A DNA stretch of 64,000 bases, taken from the NCBI GenBank assembly GCA_030636765.1, contig DAOVWI010000001.1, positions 3,951-67,950 of the forward strand. Direction: 5' to 3'. The stretch comes from Gemmatimonadales bacterium. GTDB taxonomy: Bacteria; Gemmatimonadota; Gemmatimonadetes; Palauibacterales; Palauibacteraceae. Shown here in pieces: positions 50,114 through 59,957 of the stretch (the stretch's first letter is position 1; every line of letters begins with the position of its first letter). A program made the position numbers and the translations under genes. The notes beneath the pieces are model-generated. The model saw only the letters and a list, made by a program, of their open reading frames with translations. It was not told the DNA's origin and ran no database searches.

Positions 50114-51655
50114 ATGAGCGAACAGATACCTGTCGTTGAGGCGTTTCGGGTGATGACGGCGAACAAGTCGTTGTCGGAAGAGGAGTTGTACGACCTCATC
50201 CGCGACGGCATTCACGCCGCGCTCGCCCGACGCTTTGGTGGGCCGGTCGAAGCTGAGATCCAGATCATGCCGGACGGAGACATCCAGATCGTCGTCCTGA
50301 AGGAAGTCGTCGAGGAAGTGGAGGATCCGGCTCGTCAGATTCTTCTCGAAGAGGCGCGCTGGGACGATCCCGATTTCCAGGTCGGGGACCTCCAGGAGAT
50401 CCCGGTCGACTTCAGGGAGTTCGGCCGCGGCGCCGTCATGGCTGCCAAGCAGAGGATCATCCAGCGTGTGCGTGAGGGCGAGCGTGAGCACATCCGCGAG
50501 GAGTTCAACGACCGAGTCGGTGAGCTGGTGTCCGGCGAGGTGCAGTCGATCCAACGGGGGACACTGGTCGTTCTGCTGAATCGGGCCCGGGAAGCCGAGG
50601 CCATTATCCCGTGGCGCGAGCAGAATCCGCGCGAGCGATTCCGGCAGGGAGAGTCAATCCGTGCCGTCCTCAAGAAGCTGGAGGAGACGCCGAGAGGACC
50701 TCGGCTGATCCTTTCGCGCGCGGATCCCGGCTTCGTGGCGGCCCTCTTTTCGCTGGAGGTGCCGGAGATGTATGAGGGGCTGGTGGAGATCAAGGAGATC
50801 GTGCGGGAGGCGGGTGGCCGCACGAAGGTTGCGGTTTCCTCGCGCGACGAGTCGGTAGATCCGGTCGGCGCTTGCGTCGGCGTGAAGGGATCGCGGGTCC
50901 AGGCTGTCGTCTCGGAGATGGGCGGGGAGCGCATCGACATCGTGCCATGGCATCCGGATCCGGAGATCTTCGCGCGCCGGGCGCTTGCTCCGGCGCGAGT
51001 GGCCAAAGTGATATCGGATCAGTCGAGGAAGGTCATCACGGCGATCGTGGACGAGGATCAGCTGTCTCTGGCGATCGGCCGAAACGGCCAGAACGTGCGT
51101 CTCGCTTCACAGCTGATTGGATGGCAGCTCGACCTCTACTCCAGCCGGGATTGGATGGAGCGCGGCGCCGAATCGATTTTCTTCGGCGGCGACGATGAGT
51201 ATGAGGTGGCGGACTTCCCCCTCTCGGAGCTCTCCGGCATCACGCCGGCCTCTCTGGCGGCGCTCGAGGCGGCGGGCATCCACTCCTTCTTCAACGTGCT
51301 CGACAAGGACAAGCAGGACTTCATACAGGTGCCGGGCATCAGCGAGGAGGAGGCTGAGTCGCTGATGGCCCTCATCGATGAGCTTACCGTGGTCGAGGAG
51401 ACGGACGTAGAGGCGGCGGAAGTGGAAACCGATGCTGCTGCGGAAGCCGACGCCGTCGTGGACGCCACGGAGGGCGCGGAAGCCACGGAAGTCGAGGCCG
51501 CCGTGGAAGCCACGGAAGCCGACGCCGTCGTGGACGTCGCGGAAGAGACCGACCCGGAAGCGGACGCTGTCGTGGACGCCACGGAGGGCGCGGAGTCAGA
51601 CGTCGAGGTGGAGGTCGTGGCGGAGGAGCTCGTTGCCGAGGAAAAGGGATCGTGA
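50114..51655 (+). CDS. nusA: Transcription termination/antitermination protein NusA (acidic repeat tail)
   Basis: N-terminal domain, S1 domain, KH1/KH2 (GACVGVKGSRVQAV, LAIGRNGQNVRLAS), HhH AR region, acidic C-terminus. Confidence 0.95.
   Translation: MSEQIPVVEAFRVMTANKSLSEEELYDLIRDGIHAALARRFGGPVEAEIQIMPDGDIQIVVLKEVVEEVEDPARQILLEEARWDDPDFQVGDLQEIPVDFREFGRGAVMAAKQRIIQRVREGEREHIREEFNDRVGELVSGEVQSIQRGTLVVLLNRAREAEAIIPWREQNPRERFRQGESIRAVLKKLEETPRGPRLILSRADPGFVAALFSLEVPEMYEGLVEIKEIVREAGGRTKVAVSSRDESVDPVGACVGVKGSRVQAVVSEMGGERIDIVPWHPDPEIFARRALAPARVAKVISDQSRKVITAIVDEDQLSLAIGRNGQNVRLASQLIGWQLDLYSSRDWMERGAESIFFGGDDEYEVADFPLSELSGITPASLAALEAAGIHSFFNVLDKDKQDFIQVPGISEEEAESLMALIDELTVVEETDVEAAEVETDAAAEADAVVDATEGAEATEVEAAVEATEADAVVDVAEETDPEADAVVDATEGAESDVEVEVVAEELVAEEKGS
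51443..51600 (+). repeat. Imperfect ~40-nt tandem repeats encoding (E/A)ADAVVDATEGAE in the NusA C-terminus
   Basis: gaagccgacgccgtcgtggacgccacggagggcgcgga recurs three times with minor changes. Confidence 0.8.
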
Positions 51656-52011
51656 GCTTGTCGCGCGAGGCGGAGGCATTGCGGGCCGTGGGCATGGCGC
51701 GCCGGGCCGGATGCGTCGCGGTCGGGACGCGGGCCGTGCGTGAAGCGGCGCGCGGCGGAAAGCTGGCGGCGATCTTGATCGCCAGGGACGCGAGCGAGAA
51801 CGCGCGTGGCCGCCTCGAGGGCGTCCGTCGGCGCAGCGGCACTTCGCTCACCCCGTGTGCGGATCGTCGGGCGCTGGGTGCGGCCGTCGGCCGTGGACCC
51901 GTGGCTGTCCTGGGCGTCACGGAGCGCGGCCTGGCCGATCTGGTGCTCGGGCCACTCGGCAGGAGCGGGGATGACGAAATCCTGCGAAGAACTCCGAGTT
52001 CGAAGGAGTGA
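51652..52011 (+). CDS. L7Ae/L30e-family RNA-binding protein (YlxQ-like)
   Basis: Lies between nusA and infB; RAGCVAVGTRAVREAARGGKLAAILIARDASEN resembles the L7Ae fold. GTG overlaps the nusA stop. Confidence 0.7.
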   Translation: MSLSREAEALRAVGMARRAGCVAVGTRAVREAARGGKLAAILIARDASENARGRLEGVRRRSGTSLTPCADRRALGAAVGRGPVAVLGVTERGLADLVLGPLGRSGDDEILRRTPSSKE

Positions 52012-54734
52012 GTTTGTCCACGTATCGCGTCTATGAGGTTGCCGAAGAGCTCGGCGTTGGGTCGGCTCAGCTGATCCAGATCCTTCGGGAGATGGATGTG
52101 CCCGTTCGCAGCCACATGTCGGTCGTGAACGAGGGTCAGATCGCGCGGCTGCATGCGCGACTGGAGAGAGAGCGTCGTACGGGCTCGGCGGCGCCGGCCA
52201 GGAGCTCCGGCTCGGCACGTCGGCGCCGACGTCGGGTGAAGCCCGAACCGCAAGAGATCCAGGCGAGTGAGGGATTGGAAGGGCTCTCGATCCTAGAGGA
52301 GAGCCCCTTCGAAGAGATCGTGGCGAAGGGTGGGGGCGAGGACGTCGGAATCCTGACCGCGGAGGCCCTGGCCGAGGAGGCCGAAGCGCAGCGGCCTGAC
52401 GTCGAAGAGCAGGAACAGCTGGTAGCGGCCGACGAGGTGGTGGAGGCAATCGACAGGGCCGAGGAGGTGGACGTTTCGGACGAGGCCGCAGCCGACGTCG
52501 AGACTCCGGAGGTCGTGGTCAAAGAGGAGACCGCGAGGGCGGTCGAGGAGGGAGCGGCACCGGAGGAGACTCCCGCGGAGCCCGAGGAAGCTGTGGAGCC
52601 CGCCACGACAGCCCCCGGGAGACCGAGGCGAAAGCCGAAGCCGGTGCGCCGCGGGATGCCCGCTGCCTCTGCAGCGCCCGCTGCCCCCGCGGCTTCCGCC
52701 GCGCCGAGCGGTACCGTGCGCATCCAGGCCGAGGGGTACACGATCGACGGCCGGCGCCAGCCGCGGGCCGAGAAGCGCCGTCAGCGGAACGTCGATCAGG
52801 GCGCGGTCCAGGAGAACGTCAGACGGACTCTCGCGGCTCTCGAGGGGAGTGGTGGTGCAGGTCGCAAGCGAAGGCGGGAGGCGCCGTCGGCCCAGCAAGA
52901 GGCGGAGCTGGAGCGCGAGGCCCTCGAGGTCGAGGCCGAAAAGAAGCGTGTGAGAGTGAACGAGTTCCTGACGGTAGCGGAGCTCGCGGATCTCATCGCC
53001 GTCTCCGCGGGGCAGATCATCACCTCCGCGTTCAAGAACCTCGGCCTCATGGTCACGATCAACCAGCGCCTGGATTTCGACCAAATCGAGCTGATCTGTG
53101 AAGAGTTCGGTTACGAGGCGGCGCGCGAGGAGGCGTACGAGGCGGAGATTCACGAGCTGACCGACGAGGCGGAGGAGGCCGAAGATCTGAACCCTCGGGC
53201 GCCCGTGGTCACCGTCATGGGCCACGTGGATCACGGCAAGACTTCGCTCCTGGACCACATCCGGCAGACCAACGTCATCGCCGGGGAAGCCGGCGGTATC
53301 ACGCAGCACATCGGGGCCTACCGAGTGGAGCTCGGCGACGAGCACACGGTAACGTTCCTGGACACGCCCGGGCACGAAGCGTTCACGGCGATGCGCGCCC
53401 GGGGGGCGGAGATCACGGATGTCGTCGTGCTGGTCGTGGCGGCGGATGACGCCGTGATGCCGCAGACGGTGGAGGCGATCAGCCACGCCAAGAACGCGGG
53501 CGTGCCGATCATCGTGGCGATCAACAAGATCGATCTTCCCGCGGCCGACGTGTCCAAGGTCCAGCAGGATTTGCTCACTCATGGCGTGGTGCTGGAGGAG
53601 TTCGGTGGAGATGTCCTCGCCGCGCCCGTCTCGGCCAAGACGGGCGAGGGCGTCGACGAGCTGCTCGAGAAGATCCTTCTCCAGGCGGAGCTGCTGGAGC
53701 TGAAGGCCAATCCGGAGCGACGGGGGCGTGGCACCGTGGTCGAGGCCCAGCTGGATCGAGGCATGGGGCCTGTGGCGACGGTTCTCGTGCAGAACGGAAC
53801 GTTCAGGGTCGGAGACGACTTCATCTGCGGCCTGTTCGGAGGCCGCGTGCGGGCGATGCTCGACGAGCGAGGCCAGAACGTGGAGTCGGCCGGACCGTCG
53901 ATCCCGGTTCGGATCCTCGGGCTCGAGGGCGTCCCGCAGGCAGGTGACTCCATCGTAGGTGTCGAGGCCGAGCGGGTGCGGGAGATTGCCAATCGTCGCC
54001 AGCAGCTGGAGCGCGAGAAGGACATACGCCGGCGTCAGAGCGGTGCGCGCCTCGAGGAGCTGTTCGACACCGTACAGGCCGGACAGGTGTCGCGCCTCAA
54101 CCTCGTCATCAAGGCGGACACGGATGGCTCGGTTCAGGCGCTCTCCGATGCTCTGGAGCGACTGAGCACGGACGAGGTCAGAGTGGAGGTGATCCACCGT
54201 GGCGTCGGTGCGGTCAACGAGTCCGATGTGCTCCTTGCGTCAACGAGCTCGGCGGCCATCATCGGGTTCCACGTACGACCCGACGTGAAGGCTCGCGACC
54301 TGGCTCAGCGAGAGGGCATCGAGATCCGCAACTACGACGTGATCTACGAGGTGGTCGAAGACATACGGATGGCGCTCGAAGGCCTCCTGCGGCCGGAAGA
54401 GGTCGAGCGGATCGTCGGCACGGCGGAGGTCCGACAACTCTTCCGCATACCGAAGGTGGGTACGGTGGCGGGTTGCTACGTCAGCGATGGCGTCATGCAG
54501 CGAAACCTCCCCGTGCATCTCGTGCGCGACCAGGTTCGCATCTTCAGTGGAAAGATCGACAGCCTGAAGCGCTTCAAGGACGACGCACGCGAGGTGCGCG
54601 AGGGATACGAGTGCGGCATCAGCATCGAGGGGTACAACGACATCAAGGAGGGCGACCTGATCGAGTGCTATCGGATCGACGAGGTCGCGCGCACTCTGGC
54701 GGAGAGCGCAGCGGCGTCGGAGAGCGCCTCCTGA
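52008..54734 (+). CDS. infB: Translation initiation factor IF-2
   Basis: N-terminal [10 protein letters not shown], acidic/Ala-Pro-rich linker, G-domain ([26 protein letters not shown]) and C-terminal beta-barrels. Confidence 0.95.
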   Translation: MSLSTYRVYEVAEELGVGSAQLIQILREMDVPVRSHMSVVNEGQIARLHARLERERRTGSAAPARSSGSARRRRRRVKPEPQEIQASEGLEGLSILEESPFEEIVAKGGGEDVGILTAEALAEEAEAQRPDVEEQEQLVAADEVVEAIDRAEEVDVSDEAAADVETPEVVVKEETARAVEEGAAPEETPAEPEEAVEPATTAPGRPRRKPKPVRRGMPAASAAPAAPAASAAPSGTVRIQAEGYTIDGRRQPRAEKRRQRNVDQGAVQENVRRTLAALEGSGGAGRKRRREAPSAQQEAELEREALEVEAEKKRVRVNEFLTVAELADLIAVSAGQIITSAFKNLGLMVTINQRLDFDQIELICEEFGYEAAREEAYEAEIHELTDEAEEAEDLNPRAPVVTVMGHVDHGKTSLLDHIRQTNVIAGEAGGITQHIGAYRVELGDEHTVTFLDTPGHEAFTAMRARGAEITDVVVLVVAADDAVMPQTVEAISHAKNAGVPIIVAINKIDLPAADVSKVQQDLLTHGVVLEEFGGDVLAAPVSAKTGEGVDELLEKILLQAELLELKANPERRGRGTVVEAQLDRGMGPVATVLVQNGTFRVGDDFICGLFGGRVRAMLDERGQNVESAGPSIPVRILGLEGVPQAGDSIVGVEAERVREIANRRQQLEREKDIRRRQSGARLEELFDTVQAGQVSRLNLVIKADTDGSVQALSDALERLSTDEVRVEVIHRGVGAVNESDVLLASTSSAAIIGFHVRPDVKARDLAQREGIEIRNYDVIYEVVEDIRMALEGLLRPEEVERIVGTAEVRQLFRIPKVGTVAGCYVSDGVMQRNLPVHLVRDQVRIFSGKIDSLKRFKDDAREVREGYECGISIEGYNDIKEGDLIECYRIDEVARTLAESAAASESAS

Positions 54735-54741
54735 GGCTGAG

Positions 54742-55029
54742 ATGGCCGTGGTCGTGGGCGTCGGCCGCTGGGTCCTTCACCTGCCTGGTTGCACATCACT
54801 GAAGGCGAAGCGTCGGATCGTGCGGAGCCTGCGCGACCGACTCCGTGCGCGATACCGGGTCTCCGCCGCGGAAACGGACTTCCAGGACAAGTGGCAGAAG
54901 GCCGAGATCTGCGTGGCTGTCGTGACATCGAAACGTTCCACGGCCGAGTCGTTGCTGGCTCGCCTCGATGAGCACGTGGGTTCCGATCCCCGGGCCCTCG
55001 TGATCGAGCGGGAGACTGTCCTCTACTGA
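54742..55029 (+). CDS. DUF503 protein (YlxP-like)
   Basis: Occupies the conserved infB-rbfA position; ~95 aa with ferredoxin-like pattern. Confidence 0.75.
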   Translation: MAVVVGVGRWVLHLPGCTSLKAKRRIVRSLRDRLRARYRVSAAETDFQDKWQKAEICVAVVTSKRSTAESLLARLDEHVGSDPRALVIERETVLY

Positions 55030-55056
55030 ATCAAGCCTCTTTCCGGGCCACCCATT

Positions 55057-55410
55057 ATGACGCCGAGAAGAATCGAGCGGGTCAACCACGTCCTTCGGGA
55101 AGAGCTGGCCCGCCTCATCGCGCGATCGGTGAAGGATCCCCGCGTCGCTCCGGTCACGATCATGGAGGTGAGGACGAGCCGCGACCTGAAGGTCGCCAAG
55201 GTGTTCGTCCGGGCGGGCAGCGACGAGGAGACCTTGGCAGACGCACTCAGGGGCCTGGAGAGCGCCGAGGGCTACCTTCGGCGCGAGCTCGGGCGGCGGC
55301 TGCGGTTGCGCCGTATCCCCGAGTTCCGCTTCGAGGCCGATCGCACGATGGAGCAGGCCATGCGGATCGAGTCGCTTCTTCGGGAAGTGCGCTCGGAGGG
55401 GGGCGACTAA
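55057..55410 (+). CDS. rbfA: Ribosome-binding factor A
   Basis: RIERVNHVLREELARLI...KDPR...VTIMEVRTSRDLKVAKVFV. Confidence 0.9.
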   Translation: MTPRRIERVNHVLREELARLIARSVKDPRVAPVTIMEVRTSRDLKVAKVFVRAGSDEETLADALRGLESAEGYLRRELGRRLRLRRIPEFRFEADRTMEQAMRIESLLREVRSEGGD

Positions 55411-55418
55411 GGGTCGGC

Positions 55419-55466
55419 ATGAGCCCGAGTCACCGGCCCACCATGAGCCCGAGTCATCGGCCCACC
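55419..55466 (+). repeat. 24-nt x2 tandem duplication ATGAGCCCGAGTCA(C/T)CGGCCCACC at the truB 5' end
   Basis: Read directly; encodes MSPSHRPT twice before MSGILLVDK. Confidence 0.9.
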
Positions 55467-56402
55467 ATGAGCGGCATTCTCCTTGTCGACAAGACGGAGG
55501 GTCCCACCTCCCACGACGTGGTCCAGCAGGCGCGTCGCGTTCTGGGCATCCGCCGGATCGGCCATACCGGCACGCTCGATCCGTTCGCCAGCGGTCTCCT
55601 GATCCTGTGCGTTGGTAGGGCCACCCGCCTGGCGGAGTACTTCCACATCCCGGCCAAGCGGTACGAGGCGCACCTACGTCTGGGCATGGAGACGTCGACG
55701 CACGACCGCAGCGGCGAAATCGTGGCCGAGTCGGAGGAGTGGCGAAACGTCAGCAGGGAGCGGCTCGAAGAGTCCCTGGGCAAGATGGTGGGCGCCATCG
55801 CGCAGCGGCCTCCAGCCGTTTCGGCGAAGAGGGTAGAGGGTCGGCGGGCCCACGCTCTCGTCCGCTCGGGAAGTTTCGTCGCGCTTCCGGACGTGCAGGT
55901 CACCGTGCACGAGCTTCGAGTGCTGGAGTTTCGTCCGCCGATGCTTCGCCTCGCCGCGCATGTCTCGACGGGCACGTTCGTCCGGGCGATCGCTCGCGAC
56001 CTGGGGCGGGATCTCGGGTGCGGCGCCCACCTTACGGCGCTCCGGCGAGTGGCGATCGGTCATCTCCGAGCGAGTGATGGCCTCCCCGACCGCATGCTCA
56101 TTCAGGGCGTGGCACGTGAGGAGGTTCTGGGTTCGGCCGCCTGGCGAGAGCCCGGCGTGGAGATGACCTGGCTGCCGTCCCGCGAGTTGACCAAGGAAGA
56201 GCTCGGCCTCGCTCGTAGCGGGCGGCCGCTGATGATGTCCGGGTCGGCGGATCGCCGCGGAGAGACCGGCGAGGGCGGAGAGACGGGTGAGGAGGGTCCG
56301 GGAGTGGATCGTCCGGTACGATTGTTACATGACGGGCGCCTCGTGGCCATCGCCGAGCCGAACGGCCGAGTTCTACGGCCGCGCAAGGTGCTCGTTGACT
56401 GA
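55419..56402 (+). CDS. truB: tRNA pseudouridine(55) synthase TruB (N-terminus carries a duplicated 8-codon unit)
   Basis: GILLVDKTEGPTSHDVV...GHTGTLDPFASGLL (catalytic Asp) plus PUA-like C-terminus. ATGs at 55419, 55443 and 55467; only the first has any upstream purine-rich stretch. Confidence 0.9.
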   Translation: MSPSHRPTMSPSHRPTMSGILLVDKTEGPTSHDVVQQARRVLGIRRIGHTGTLDPFASGLLILCVGRATRLAEYFHIPAKRYEAHLRLGMETSTHDRSGEIVAESEEWRNVSRERLEESLGKMVGAIAQRPPAVSAKRVEGRRAHALVRSGSFVALPDVQVTVHELRVLEFRPPMLRLAAHVSTGTFVRAIARDLGRDLGCGAHLTALRRVAIGHLRASDGLPDRMLIQGVAREEVLGSAAWREPGVEMTWLPSRELTKEELGLARSGRPLMMSGSADRRGETGEGGETGEEGPGVDRPVRLLHDGRLVAIAEPNGRVLRPRKVLVD

Positions 56403-57405
56403 GTCCGAGCCCGAGGGAGGCCGACCGCGCCCTACCGGGCCTCGATCGGGCGGCCTGCCTCCGGACGTTCCGGGGACCGTGGTCACGGTGGGCGCGTTCG
56501 ACGGGGGGCACCGGGGCCACTGGGCCGTGCTCGATGAGATCGGCGCGCGCGCGCGCCGCCGCCGCCTGACGAGCGTCCTGGTGACCTTCGACCGTCATCC
56601 GCTCACCGTCCTGCGGCCGGAGGCCGCACCTCCCGTGCTTACGTCGCCGGACGAGAAGAAGGAGATTCTGGCCCTCTCCTCCGTGGACTACGTGGCGTTC
56701 CTGTCCTTCACGCGCGCTCTTTCCCTCTATCAACCGGAGGAGTTCGTGCGCCTCGTTCTCGTCCCACGCTTCCGGGTCAAGGAGTTGGTCATCGGTTACG
56801 ACCACGGCTTCGGCCGCGATCGGACCGGGGATCATCAGACGCTGCGGAGGCTCGGAAAGGAGCTCGACTTCGAGGTCGACGTGGTCTCGCCGGTGACGTC
56901 AAACGGCGAATCGATCTCTTCGACGAAGATTCGTGGATTGGTGCGAAGGGGGGAGGTGGAGCGTGCGGCCCGGGCCCTTGGACGGCCGTACTCGCTTCGT
57001 GGAGTCGTCGTACACGGCCTCGGCCGCGGCCGGCAGCTCGGCTTCCCCACGGCCAACCTGCAGGTGCCGGAGGGCGGGAAACTGATCCCTGGCTCGGGGA
57101 TCTACGCCGTGCGGGCCGGCCTTGGCTCCCTGATCCGCGACGGACTCCTCCACCTGGGTCCGCGGCCGACTTTCGCCGGATCCCCGCCCTCGATCGAGCT
57201 CTATCTGCTGGATTTTGACGAGGAGATCTACGGAGAGAGCGTGCGGGTGGACTTTCTTTCTAGGCTTCGGGGAATCCGGCCGTTCTCGTCCGCCGAGGAG
57301 CTGATTGCCCAGATGAGGCGAGATCGGGAGCGAGCCATCCGCTTCTTCGCGGCGCAGGCAGGTCAGGTGGGCGGGAAGGACTCGGCGGCCGCCGTGTTTA
57401 CATGA
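56395..57405 (+). CDS. ribF: Bifunctional riboflavin kinase/FAD synthetase
   Basis: VVTVGAFDGGHRGH nucleotidyltransferase motif; riboflavin kinase C-terminus (GFPTANL, LGPRPTF, ELYLLDFD). TTG start overlaps the truB stop. Confidence 0.85.
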   Translation: MTESEPEGGRPRPTGPRSGGLPPDVPGTVVTVGAFDGGHRGHWAVLDEIGARARRRRLTSVLVTFDRHPLTVLRPEAAPPVLTSPDEKKEILALSSVDYVAFLSFTRALSLYQPEEFVRLVLVPRFRVKELVIGYDHGFGRDRTGDHQTLRRLGKELDFEVDVVSPVTSNGESISSTKIRGLVRRGEVERAARALGRPYSLRGVVVHGLGRGRQLGFPTANLQVPEGGKLIPGSGIYAVRAGLGSLIRDGLLHLGPRPTFAGSPPSIELYLLDFDEEIYGESVRVDFLSRLRGIRPFSSAEELIAQMRRDRERAIRFFAAQAGQVGGKDSAAAVFT

Positions 57406-57479
57406 GCGCCCGATATCGGTAAACTCTTAGGCTTTGTTTCTTCGAGACACGAGATGAGAACAAGAGGACGAAAGCGAAC

Positions 57480-57749
57480 ATGACGGCTCGCAAAACCGAC
57501 ACGGGGAGCATCGTAGAGAGATTCGGCGGTCACGAGAACGACTGCGGATCGACTTCTGTTCAGATCGCGCTGGTGACGGCACGCATTGAGGAGCTTACCG
57601 GACACTTCCAGCAGCATCCAAAGGACCATCACAGCCGACGCGGGCTCCTGAAGCTGGTGGGCCGGCGGAGGCGCCTGTTGAATTACCTCAGGCGGACGGA
57701 CCTTGACAGGTACCGCAGCCTGATCCAGGAGCTCGGGCTTCGCCACTAG
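57480..57749 (+). CDS. rpsO: 30S ribosomal protein S15
   Basis: [48 protein letters not shown]. Confidence 0.95.
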   Translation: MTARKTDTGSIVERFGGHENDCGSTSVQIALVTARIEELTGHFQQHPKDHHSRRGLLKLVGRRRRLLNYLRRTDLDRYRSLIQELGLRH

Positions 57750-57769
57750 ACAAAGAAAAGAGAGAACCA

Positions 57770-59860
57770 GTGCACAGAATCGAAAAGGAATTCGCCGGCC
57801 GCACGCTCGTCATGGAGACGGGCCGGATGGCAAGGCAAGCAGACGGCGCCGTCTTCATTCAGTTCGGGGATACGGCGGTACTCGTGACGGCGGTGGCGCA
57901 GCGAAAGCGCTCCCACCTTCCTTTCTTCCCGCTCACCATCGAGTACCGGGAGAAGACCTACGCCGCCGGCAAGTTCCCGGGCAGCTTCATCAAGCGCGAG
58001 GGACGCCCGGGCGACAAGGCCACGGTTTCGGCTCGCCAGATTGATCGTCCGCTCCGCCCACTCTTCCCGGAGGACTACCGCAACGAGACGCAGGTTGCGT
58101 GCTTCGTGATCTCGGCGGATCAGGAGAACGACGCCGACGTGTGGGGCATGCTCGGCGCGTCCACGGCGATCATGCTCTCGTCCATCCCGTGGGAGGGACC
58201 GATCGCCGGAGTCCGGATCGGCCGGGTTGAAGACGAGTGGATCATCAACCCCACCTTCGAGGAGCTCGAGTTCTCCGACATGGACATCGTCGTGGCCGGC
58301 ACCGAGGAATCGATCGTGATGGTCGAGGGTGCCGCGCTCGAGATCTCCGAGGAGGAGTTCGTCGAAGGGTTGAACCTGGCCCACGACGCCGTGCGCCAGC
58401 TGATCGGTTTCCAGCGTGAGCTCGTCGAGATGGCCGGGGGTCCCTTCGAGAAGTTCGAGTACGACGTGATCGAGCTGCCGGAGGGCCTGGAGCCGGCAGT
58501 CGAGAGTCTTGCGGCGTCCCGGATCGAAGAGGCTCTCCGGATCGCCGACAAGGCCGAACGGGAGACGATGCTCCGGGGCCTACGTGTTGAGATCAAGGAG
58601 GCGCTCGAAGAGGAGTACGGCGAGGAGGTGTCGCACGTGGGCGGCGTGCTGCGAGAGATCGAGAAGAAGGCGATGCGCCGTCAGATCCTCGATGAGGACG
58701 TCAGGGTAGACGGTCGTGGCCTCGACGAGATCCGGGAGATCAGCTGCGAGACCAGCATACTGCCGCGGACGCACGGCTCGGCGCTCTTCACACGCGGCCA
58801 GACGCAGGCGCTGTGTGTCACGACGCTCGGCACGATCGCCGATGAGCAGCGGATGGACTCGATCGACATCCGCGACGAGACGTCCAAGTCGTTCATGCTT
58901 CACTACAACTTCCCGCCTTTCTCGGTTGGGGAGGTACGGATGTTCCGCGGGCCTGGCCGGCGTGAGATCGGCCACGGGATGTTGGCCGAACGGGCGCTCC
59001 AGTCCCTGCTCCCACCGTACGATGAGTTCCCCTACACGCTCCGAGTCGTCTCGGACATTCTCGAGTCGAACGGATCGAGCTCGATGGCCTCGGTCTGCGG
59101 CGGATCCCTGTCGCTGATGGATGCGGGAGTCCCGATGCGTGCCGCGTGCGCGGGCATCGCGATGGGCCTCATCAAAGAGGGGGAGCAGGTCGCCGTTCTC
59201 ACCGACATCCTCGGGGTCGAGGATGCTCTCGGAGACATGGACTTCAAGGTGGCGGGCACGGAGCGCGGGATCACGTCGATACAGATGGACATCAAGGCGA
59301 AGGGGCTTAGCGTCGAGACGATGCGGGAGGCGTTGGAGAGGGGCCGAAAGGCGCGTCTGAGCATCCTGGAGAGCATGAGCAAGGCGCTTGCCGCTCCGCG
59401 GGAACAGATGTCGGAGTACGCGCCGCGCATCATTACCGTCCAGATCAATCCCGAGAAGATCGGCGAGATCATCGGCCCCAAGGGCAAGACGATCCGTGGC
59501 ATCGAGGAGAGAACCGGGGCGAAGCTCAACATCGAGGACACCGGAATCGTCACGATCTCCGCGCTCTCCGGCGAGGCCAGCCAAGCGGCCCGCGAGATGG
59601 TGGAGGCGATCGTCGAAGAGCCGGAGGTGGGTCGCATATACGAGGGCGTCGTGAAGAACACGACCACGTTCGGTGCCTTTGTCGAGATCATCCCGGGCGT
59701 CGAGGGTCTGTGCCATATCTCGGAGCTGGAGGAGGGTCGAACCGAGAACACCGAGGACGTCGTCAAGCCGGGCGATGTGGTCCAGGTGAAGCTCCTCTCG
59801 GTCGACGACCGCGGGCGGCTCAAGCTCTCGCGGCGAGCCGCGATGAACAGCGACAACTAG
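57770..59860 (+). CDS. pnp: Polynucleotide phosphorylase
   Basis: Two RNase PH domains, KH (IGEIIGPKGKTIRGI) and S1 (GRIYEGVVKNTTTFGAFVEI); GTG start. Confidence 0.95.
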   Translation: MHRIEKEFAGRTLVMETGRMARQADGAVFIQFGDTAVLVTAVAQRKRSHLPFFPLTIEYREKTYAAGKFPGSFIKREGRPGDKATVSARQIDRPLRPLFPEDYRNETQVACFVISADQENDADVWGMLGASTAIMLSSIPWEGPIAGVRIGRVEDEWIINPTFEELEFSDMDIVVAGTEESIVMVEGAALEISEEEFVEGLNLAHDAVRQLIGFQRELVEMAGGPFEKFEYDVIELPEGLEPAVESLAASRIEEALRIADKAERETMLRGLRVEIKEALEEEYGEEVSHVGGVLREIEKKAMRRQILDEDVRVDGRGLDEIREISCETSILPRTHGSALFTRGQTQALCVTTLGTIADEQRMDSIDIRDETSKSFMLHYNFPPFSVGEVRMFRGPGRREIGHGMLAERALQSLLPPYDEFPYTLRVVSDILESNGSSSMASVCGGSLSLMDAGVPMRAACAGIAMGLIKEGEQVAVLTDILGVEDALGDMDFKVAGTERGITSIQMDIKAKGLSVETMREALERGRKARLSILESMSKALAAPREQMSEYAPRIITVQINPEKIGEIIGPKGKTIRGIEERTGAKLNIEDTGIVTISALSGEASQAAREMVEAIVEEPEVGRIYEGVVKNTTTFGAFVEIIPGVEGLCHISELEEGRTENTEDVVKPGDVVQVKLLSVDDRGRLKLSRRAAMNSDN

Positions 59861-59957
59861 TCGCCTGGCCGGGCGAAGCGCGACACGGGAGACCGTCGAG
59901 CTGGGATACCGGCTCGACGATGACGTCTGGTCGTGGAAGCGGGCCGACGGTCTGCGT

